In this document: in pieces, positions 54,617-64,000 of the stretch
How positions within the stretch are numbered: the first letter of the stretch is position 1
Layout: the number at the start of each line of letters is the position of its first letter
Origin: Gordius albopunctatus
Lineage: Eukaryota
Direction of reading: 5' to 3'
Assembly: GCA_964276515.1 (NCBI GenBank)
Contig: OZ193909.1
Span: 2,108,001 to 2,172,000, forward strand
Length of the DNA: 64,000 bases
Notes under the pieces: generated by a model
Databases searched by the model: none
Told to the model about the DNA's origin: nothing
Seen by the model: the letters and a program-made list of their open reading frames with translations, nothing else
Translations under genes and position numbers: made by a program

Positions 54617-56741
54617 AAAAAATATAAATTTAAATTCTATGTTTTTATCCAGGGGGTGGCACGGACGGGCGGTTGCCCCTCTTTAAATCCTAAAATTTGT
54701 CAAAATTAAATATAATTAAGGCTTAAATTAAAAAAAAATCATTTTACCCCTCCCTAAAGCATTATTACACCCTCTAGTTCAATCCTGGCTACAACACCCA
54801 TGCAACCACTTCCAATTTATCAAAGATTTTACAAAGTTTTTTATTGTATAAGGCAAATATGACGATAATATGTCATTTTTTTAGAATGCGAAATAAACAG
54901 ATGCAAAAATCAAAAAAATCCGAGTTTACTATAGGCGAGAATAAGCTGGGTAGGTAAAGGTTTGCTCCTCTTTTAGGCCAACTTATGATATATAATCTCG
55001 TCAAATTCTGTTTTGACAACCCAGCGGGTCCCCAGATTTTGGTGACATTTGGGAGTAATATAAAATATTAATGTCGACTATTGCTAGAGAAACGATCCTG
55101 TCGGTTCTTAACTATTTACGCTTGAATAAAATTATGTGGCTCTTTTATAGTGACTAAGGGGTCTCACATAGCTAGCTGGTTATTTTTAGAGTTCCCTTTT
55201 GAACTTTGTAGCAAACAATTGTTTTAAATGCAAATTGAGGTACCTTTTCCTTATAAATTTAAGTTTTAAAAGTTGATATCAATAACTAGAGCGGCTACTA
55301 ATATTATTCCCTAGGGGCTGGGGTCTTAGGGACCCCATGTAACCAACGATTTTTAGCATGATAATTTTCTAGAGACTCATATTATAACAATATTTTTAAA
55401 AAATTATGAAAATATTATAAAAAAAGTCTTTTTTATATGATATTTCAGGTTAATTGTTAAATTTAAGTTAATATAATAATTCGTTAATAATTTATAAACA
55501 TTTTTCACACTATGAGTTAATGTATAATTTTAATATTCTATTAAGTTTTTAACATAAGACCCAATGAAACATTTTCAAAACTTGGTGAATTTTAAACTAT
55601 TTAACAATTGCTGCCTGCACTAATCGATAATGGGTAATTTTTAACAAATATAAATTTGTAAAATAATAGTTTGAAATATGGCATTCTTTCTAATATTTAA
55701 GTACATTTATATCAATAAAAGTAAAAGTAATTAGAGGCGGAAAACTTTAGCAAATATTCTCGCTATAGTTTATGGCAATCCTTAAGCAAAAATTATCATA
55801 ACCAATGACGCGAAATAAATTTTAGTCTTCGAGTATTTATATTCTCTCATATTATGTATGAATAAAATTATCATGGTCAAACGAATTGCTTGATTTAAGG
55901 TTTTCATGGTCCAAAATGATGCCAGATTAACTGATATCTGCTTTATAAATCTCCAAAAATAACACTGTTAAATACACCTCGGAGAATTGGCTGTGACGGA
56001 ATTATGCAATAACAGGATTGTAAAACACTTCGTTTAACCTTTGGATGTTCCTCCTCCTTTAAATTATTTATTTTCGCCGTTTAAAACAGCAACTTTGAGG
56101 CTTAAAATTGTCAAACAAGCTAATATCTCTCGCGTGATGAATTAAGATAAGTTTGTCAACCAATTCCAAAAAATCCTATATTAATTAAACACTAAAATGA
56201 CAATTCCACCAATCGTGGGCATATGTGTTAAATTTGAACAAATTGGATCCACGAAAATATAATATAGCTTAATCCTTTTAAACTTTTCACATGGCCGCCT
56301 TCTAGTCCTAAACAGTGTTAATCTAAGTTTTGAAAGCTATAAACGCATTTATCTAAAGTAAGGCCCAAAAAATTTACAATATGAATTGAAATTGATTCTT
56401 TTATAACGAAATCTTATATACTGGATTTTGTAAAGTGGACATTTTTGATTTATTAACATAATTTTAATCATCTTCATTTTAAAGATGTGGACTTCACTAG
56501 CAAATATTACCAACTAATTTAGAAATGTGTATACGAATTTTTCGTTGTTGCAGAGGAGATATGGCATAAACGTCATACGATTTCTCGAACACATATATAA
56601 CATGGAAGTATAAATTTATAATTTAAATATAATTGCACTGGTTCGATCTCACAACTTTCAACGCGTAGTGACCAGGCCAATTTTTTTTCTTCTAAATTTG
56701 GTTTTTTAATATCAATTTTTGTTTTTTCCAGTTTAAATTCT

Positions 56742-59700
56742 TTAGCATTCTGTTAAGCTGTAACCGGATAAGTTGTGACCTCTGGAACGAATAGTGGTAT
56801 CGCCTTTATTGAACCCATGTTTTCTACCAAGTGCCCGTTGGTATAGTCTAGCGAACTCGCTGCGAAATTTGTTCTAGACGTTATTTATACAGAAAAAATA
56901 ATAAATTTTATTTTGGGAAATGATGATAAAAGTTAAAACGCATTTAGTTGATTTTTTATGTTTTAAACCAAGATTTTTAAAGTGTGTTTAGTTTTGCTAA
57001 ATTCGTATTTGTTGTATATTAAATTCTTTTTATGATTCATTTATAAGTTACTAGAGTTGTTATATTGCTAACTTTCTTCAACTCCAGCTCCCATCTGCTC
57101 GAGTTTCTGCTCGGCCCTCGAGCATTTTTATATGCTACTGCTCCGCCTAGTGCACCAAAAGCGAGCACATATTGTGCTAACGCGCATATTAAGCAACTCA
57201 GCGTGCGTGCTCGCGTCTGGAGTTTGAAGAAAGTTAGCAATTTAACAACTCTATAAGTTACATATTAAACTCTTTCATTGTTTTTTTAAAACATTTTCCT
57301 TCAACCAAAACTTATAGATCCGAAAAATCCGAAATATTCGATTCAAATAAATAACAATTTAAAACAAAAAGTTAAACCGATCTTACGTTGTATAGTCCGT
57401 AAACGAATGGGTTAACACAGGAATTGCTCATGGCTATCCAGTGGCAACAAAACCATATTATATTTATGTATTGGTACCTACATTAAAAATAAAAAAATTA
57501 TTTTAATATTGCAGTAATTTTGAAAAAATTAAATCAAAATTATTTTCAGCAAATAGGAATTATATCAAGTGATACCTTAAAAATGTTTAATTTCTAACGT
57601 CTTTAAAATTTTCACGCACTATTATATCACACATGTAAATTGGATTATGAAAATAAAAAGGTCAAATGGGCAAGTTATTTCTTTAAAATCCTTATAACAA
57701 ACCCGATATCTTGCAATTTATGTTTTTTCTTTCAAGCTAATTTTATCTAAACGCAAAAAATTCAGTTTCGTTTATTTTTAAATTGCTACACGATCCGATT
57801 TTTGCATGAAACTGCTTTGGATAAAAGTCATTAAAATAGTCTTTTTAATTTGTCGCGTGCTAAACCTTTTTATTTCTCCGATTTAAACACAGTTTAAAAA
57901 ATAAAAAAAGCGAAAATTATTTCTAATGAATCGATATTTCGTCGGTGTCGCAACTTTTTAAAACAAATTTAATTTCAAATTTCACAACTTTCCCGAGTAA
58001 AAAAAATCGAAAAAACGATTAAAATTAATTAAGCGCATTTGACTGTCCCAAGGACCGGCGGGAATTGTAATATTATAATTGAAGGCTCTTTTATAATGAC
58101 CACATATTAAATTTTATTTAATTTGTTTTGAGCCTAACGACATTTCCTGCTAATGGATAACAAGGGGGGACCAAAGGAAAATATAGCGGTCCTTTTCCTT
58201 TTATATATCAAATTTTATACAGAGCGCGAATAAAGAGTGTAAAGGCGATAATAGCGGGATTTTCATTACTTTAGTTGAAAGTGGAAAAAAATTTAATTAA
58301 TTTTTTGACCACTGAAACTATTATTAGTAGAATATAATCAGCTTAATAAAAAATGATTAGGATAGAACTTTATAAAAATGGTAAAAAATCTCTTTTAGTG
58401 AGAAGAAGAAATTTTTTCCTTGATTATTTTTAACTTGGGCACGTAAAAATTATTAAAACTTTAAATCATAATTAGGGTTAAATTCTGGCATTTAAATTTT
58501 TCAAGTGAACTTACGACAAAATTTAATTTTGACACGAAATTTTATTTGAAGAAAAATTTACGACAATTATTAAATTGTTATCTGGCACAGTATTAATTAA
58601 ATATATTGTGTCAATTTTACAAATTCCACTGATGACAATAATTAAGATTCATTTAAAGGTCAATTTAAAGTTAATTTTGCAGAAATAAATTGATTTTGAA
58701 ATTAAGATTCAAGCTAAATGCCTCAAAATATCATATATTTTTCAATATGCCCTTTAATCGGAATCATGTTTTAATTCGTCATTGATCAAAATTTGTCAAA
58801 TTAGGCAATAAACCATCAAAACGGGATTACAAAAGTGTAATTAAATGCTTAATAGCTTTTATTTCAAACACTAGAATCAAGCTAGTTGATCGCTAATCTT
58901 CTAAGCGAATTATTACATAAAAACTTAACTTAAAGCATAAATCACAAATTTATCAAGAATTATATTAATTTTTTATTATAATTTTTTGAAATGTTAAATT
59001 TTTATTTTGCTTAATTGTTGTTTCTCCATTGATGTCTCTTTTATAAAACATCTCGCCGATTAAAATTTTTTAAATACTTACTGACAACAATATCATAATA
59101 TACAGCTTTATAAATAATTTCTTACTAAGTTTTTATCTATTTTTTTAATTAGGACCAAAGTCTTTCATAAATTTAGAGATAAAATTAAATGATGATTTAA
59201 TTAATATTAATAATGTAAAATTAGTATAGTTGTTGTTCACGGTCCAGGTTAATAAACGGTCAACTTTGTTGTAAAATAGTAATTTAAGTGCTAATAAAAT
59301 TGGAAAAAGATAAACATTTTGCCCATAGGGACCATTAATTTAATAACCTTTGTGCTATATAAAAGATAGGGGAGACCGGGGCTACTTTAGCCATAAAAAA
59401 TTAAATCGCGTTCTAAAAAAACTAAAAATTATTTTTCCAATTTTTTTGTTGGGATATATTTTTAAGGTCTATTTTTAATATAGAAAATCAATTTGGAGGG
59501 AAATAAGTAATAGTTTTCTCATAAATTAAGTTGAAAAAAAAATCCCATAAATTTCAAAAATGCCCGGGGCTAGTCATAGCCCATAGATTAACTCTCACAT
59601 TTTCACTTCTTGTGTACGCTAACTCAAATCAATAAAAAGATTGCTACACATTATAAAAAAATGTAGAAAATGCAAATGTAATATGATTTTATTTTATATA

Positions 59701-60285
59701 AAACAAATAAAAGATGACAATCTGACTTAAGAACACTTAAAAGACGGATTTTTAGCAATGGAAAAAAATTTAGGCGTTTTATAATGTATAATCATAGTCT
59801 ATTTCTATTCCAAATAACACTAAGTAAGATTATTAAACAAAATTTTTTGTTTTTTTAAATCTTGTCATTTGTAAAACACAAAATGTTAGTTTTACATCAT
59901 ATTGGGACAAAGTTTAATTTACATTCGCTATTTATATAGATATTTTTTCGCTTCTTAATAATATTAACCAACATTTTATAGTTTTCAGTAATAACTTTTT
60001 TAGTTGTTGCTTAATATTTAACGATAAATATTCACTAACTCACACAAATATTTATTTTATAAATAACTTGTACAATTTTGAATAAATATGAAAAATTAAT
60101 ATTAAAATATATTATATTATTGATAAAATATCTATATTAACTTTTAAATTTTTTATAGTTATTGAATTTTAAAATAATACTTACTCGTTTATTGCACTGA
60201 TAATTTCACTGAGTACGTTGTATGTCTGGAGCGGAAGCCAGCAAAATGCGAACATGAAAACGACGATGAGCAACATTTTTATAAC
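56742..60285 (-). CDS. Lkr: Leucokinin (kinin) receptor-like GPCR, last three exons 60285-60185, 57477-57387, 56873-56742; earlier exons not found in the window
   Basis: VIKMLLIVVFMFAFCWLPLQTYNVLSEIISAINE (TM6, CWLP); YQYINIIWFCCHWIAMSNSCVNPFVYGLYN (TM7, NPxxY); NKFRSEFARL...TEC* (helix 8). GT-AG junctions with phases 2 and 0. Matches recalled kinin-receptor YINIIWFCxxWLAMSNSCYNPFIYG. Confidence 0.85.
57052..57253. mobile_element. hAT-like MITE with perfect 8-bp TSD, in the last intron of the GPCR
   Basis: TIR TAGAGTTGTTA..TTGCTAACTTTCTTCAA; TSD TAAGTTAC at 57044-57051 and 57254-57261. Confidence 0.9.
59367..59590 (+). mobile_element. Left end of a TA-TSD TIR element related to 25612-27274
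   Basis: TAGGGGAGACCGGGGCTA..GCCATAAAAAA and a second CCGGGGCTA about 190 bp inside. Right end uncertain (perhaps about 60762). Confidence 0.6.
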
Positions 60286-62124
60286 CTAAAATAAAAGAAA
60301 AAACATAAAATTAGGGTTGGGTTATAGTTTTTTTTTAATTCTCGATATTTATTGACTTTTTACCACATTTTTTAAAGCTTATTTTCAAATCATTGTATAT
60401 GATACATGCTAAAATATATTAGAATTTATCAGCAGCATAGAACCATGGATTGAAATGAAATTGCATTGGATTGGAAAATTTCCATGGTGATTTATTGCTT
60501 AATATAAAGTTTAGTAATGTAAAACGGGTGGCTTTTGACTCTGGTCTGTTTTTTAAATTTCGACTAAGTCTAGAAGTCGATTAAGACAAAAAAAAGACCA
60601 AAAAGCCTTTCGTCTCTTCATGTTTAGTCGACTAAAACTAAAGATGCAAAAAAATAAAATCCATCCGTTTTTACAACACTAATACAAACAAATTCGATGG
60701 AGTCATGTGTAATAGAGGTTAATTTAATATTTTTTAAGGAAATGGCTAGCCCGGCACCACTACTGGGACGAAAATGAAATTGTTGAATTTTACAAAAATT
60801 AATTATTAATTGCTTACATGTATTTTAGTGGTATATAGAGGTCGCAATTATGTCATATTCCATATAAATTTAAAATATGTTGATTATTCAGAAAGTTTAG
60901 GGTCGAAATTGGGACAAAGCATGACCCCTTTAGCATTACATTTATGTTATTCAGGTCGGAATCTTTAAAAATTGTTACAACACAATAAATTAGGCATCAT
61001 AAGTCATTTAGTTTATTAGGTTCACATTTTTAAAGCATAATTAGGAATGGTTTTTTAAAATAGTTTTTTAAATGGAGTTGTTTCTGCACTACTACAATTT
61101 CCAATTTATATATCAATATTAAATCTCATTAATAATTTGCAGCGGTCAGCATTGACTCGCAGGGAATGCTTTAACTAGTTTCGCAATTATTCTATATAAA
61201 GCAACAACCTATACGAATTGCTAAAAGAAATTCATAAATAAAAGCTAATTTATAATCGGGCGCAAAAACAATAATGGAATTTGTGCTCCGGGGAGATCGG
61301 AAAAATTGAAGCCAACTCATTAGCTAATCTATTTGCGAAAGCTAAGTAAGTCTTTTAAAGAAGCATAAGTCCACCGCAGCCATTAAAACCCGGTATAAGT
61401 TTCCACACGGCAATTATTGAAAAAGTATAAGTTGGACAGAACGAACGGACAACTAGTATGCGAGCCCGTAAATTGCATAGCAAATAATATTTGCTTTGAG
61501 ACGATAGAGTAAGTAATATATTATGAAGGTAGAGATACCTAAAAAACACTGTTCAACAAATAATGGACTTATAAAATCAACGAGGAAACTGTTTGCAGAT
61601 TCTGGTAGAGTTTTTTACGGTTAACGCAAATTTATTTTCAGTTTTTCTAGTCGCTGTTAAAGTAGTGGCTAAAACAGCTATTTTAGCGTTTTAAAAACGT
61701 CAATAACTTGCACACGGGCGCAGTCAGCATCGGGATTAGGGGGCGCAAAAGGAACAATTTTAGAAATTTTAGCCCCATTATTTTAAACAATTTTACAAAT
61801 TTTTTGGGATTTCTCCCCTTCCTGCCCCCCCCCCCGCTTCGCTAGCCACATCAACTTGCAAATTAATCGGTAATATTACAAATAGTTTATATATAAAACA
61901 TTTATAATCTGTGCAATGCAAAGTTTATGAAAGTGGCACAAGTTCAAACACGAGAAGCAAAGCGGTAATTTTTCGAAATCTTTAAAATAACATTATTGAG
62001 CATATAAAATCTTCTAAATCGGGGTGGGTGACGGCACTCTCTCTCTGCCTCGCCCTAACTACTCCCATGCATAATTTATGTAGTAAAAGTTAAAAGCTAA
62101 TATCATTCAATCTACTACTATACC

Positions 62125-62315
62125 TAGAGTTGTTCAATTGCTAACTTTCTTCAACTCCAGCTACCCTCTGCTCCAGTTTCTGCTCGGCCCCCGAGCATTT
62201 TTATATGCTACTGCTCCGCCTACTGCACCGAACAGCGAGCGCGCATATTAAGCAACTCAGTGTGCGTGCTCGCGTCTGGAGTTTGAAGAAAGTTGTTAGC
62301 AATTTAACAACTCTA
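62125..62315. mobile_element. Second copy of the TAGAGTTGTT MITE
   Basis: Highly similar to 57052-57253; no clear TSD. Confidence 0.85.
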
Positions 62316-63230
62316 CCCATGGTGATGGCTATAATAGCAATGTTATTATCAGTTAATGGGTGAGAAGATGTAATAGCCCCCTTGGGTAGAGAGCCACTTT
62401 GTCGCACCAAAATTTTTATGGTCGTTTAAATATCTTAATAAGTCAATTAGACTTATTTTAAAATTGTTAAAATATGAATGACTATCGCAAAGGTGAGAAT
62501 CATGGGCGTAACCAGAGGGGGGGGGGGGTGGATAAATTGTTGACATTTAGTAAAGTTTGGCTATACCACGCCTCTAATTTCAATCCTGACTACAGTCACC
62601 CCACGGTGAGAATTAAAATGTAAACAATTGAAGTCGATTGAAAAGTAGGATATCAATACAACAGGTCTATTAACTTCATTAAAGAAATTAATTTTAATTA
62701 CATTTGGTTTTGTAATACATAGGGCTTGAAAATTATAGCTAACTATAATATAAATATATACTAGTAGTTGAGAATGGATAACTTTCTTAAACTCTAAATC
62801 AATGAAAGCTTGTTAGCCTTATTAAAGAGTGAACTATTTATTTACTTAATTATATCATAGTTTCTAGTTTTATATAGTCTTATCCAGCAATATCTAATTT
62901 ACAACATTCTTTTAATGAGGGGATGTTTTTGGATCTATTTAAGCGATTTGGTATTTTATCGATGATTATTTATTACTCTTCTAAGAAGTTATAACGGAAT
63001 TTTAGAATTTGTTGAACTTTTCTGTTAGGGTTCGAGTGTATAGACTGATACAAAATATTTTTGCTAACTAAATATTTCTTGCTCTGATTTTATGATCATA
63101 TTCCAAAAGGAATAAGATTTTCAGAAATATTTCATTTCTTCATAATTTAGTACAATTATATTCACGAGGACAAGGACTTGTATACATAAAAAATTAATCC
63201 GTTTGAATTATGTCATGAGTTAAGCTTACA

Positions 63231-64000
63231 CAGTGGCGTACGCAAGGGGGGGGGTTTTAGGGTTCAAACCCCCCCCGCGGATTTCGAAAAAATATTTTTT
63301 ATTTTCTAATATAGCATTAACGAAGGAAATTTCCGTGAGCTTTTAATATTTTTAGCAGAAAACAGCGAAAAAGTATGCCACGCTTTGACAGAATGCCCTA
63401 AAAATGCAACGTATCTTTCCCCGCGTATCCAAAATGAAATCATCTCTATAATATCATATAATATCACATATGATACAATCCCAGATTGTAAAAAAAATAA
63501 ACGCTGCTCCCTTTTTTGCAATATTAGTCGATGAAACCACAGATATCTCTACTCGGGAACAAATGGTTCTAGTGGTAAGATATTTAGATGTGGATTCAAC
63601 ACCAATCGTTGTGAAAGAGGAATTTTTGCTATATGTTGATATACATGATATGACTGGAAAAGGCCTATCTGAAGTGATCCTGAAGACTTTAAAAGAATTG
63701 AACATAAATACAACAAAATTGAGAGGACAAGGTTACGATGGTGCTCCAGCAATGAGTGGTGTAAAAAATGGATTGCAAACTCACATAAGAAATGTCTATC
63801 CTACTGCAATCTACATTCACTGTTCATCGCATGTATTAAATTTAAGCATTGCCGATTCTTGCAAAATCTCACATATCCGGAAAAGTATAGGTATATTTTA
63901 AATTTTGATATCTAATTTTTTCCAATTTATAGGGATTGTTAAAAAGGTGAATGATTTTTTATCAACGCCTAAAAGGCAATATTTGTTTGATTCAATTGTA
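63231..64000 (+). mobile_element. hAT transposon, ZMYM1/PRKRIR-like (DUF4371-type) transposase, running off the window
   Basis: Terminus CAGTGGCGTACGCAAGGGG. NEGNFRELL, NATYLSPRIQNEII, FAILVDETTD, GQGYDGA..MSG, YIHCSSHVLNL. Frameshift near 63470. Confidence 0.9.

Overview
AT-rich, intron-containing invertebrate (protostome-like) genomic DNA with one 200-N scaffold gap (43966-44165). The host genes are mostly missed by the ORF track and were rebuilt by hand from splice sites. (1) The 3' end of an RS-rich Srrm2/3/4-like splicing factor (+), with two alternative last exons, one completing a divergent eMIC-like (enhancer of microexons) motif. (2) A convergent 3-exon MS4A/CD20-like four-TM gene (-), with a long tail ending in a PxIxIT motif. 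(3) An orphan multi-exon gene duplicated head-to-head inside an approximately 7-8 kb-arm inverted duplication (35637-53507) that ends exactly at a hAT terminus. (4) The TM6, TM7 and helix-8 exons of a leucokinin-receptor-like GPCR (-). The rest is largely decayed transposable elements: RTE and CRE non-LTR retrotransposons, hAT and P/THAP transposase remnants, a Helentron-associated (DINE-like) element carrying B-box repeats, and several MITE families, some with intact target-site duplications. All family assignments come from recalled motifs, not from database searches.
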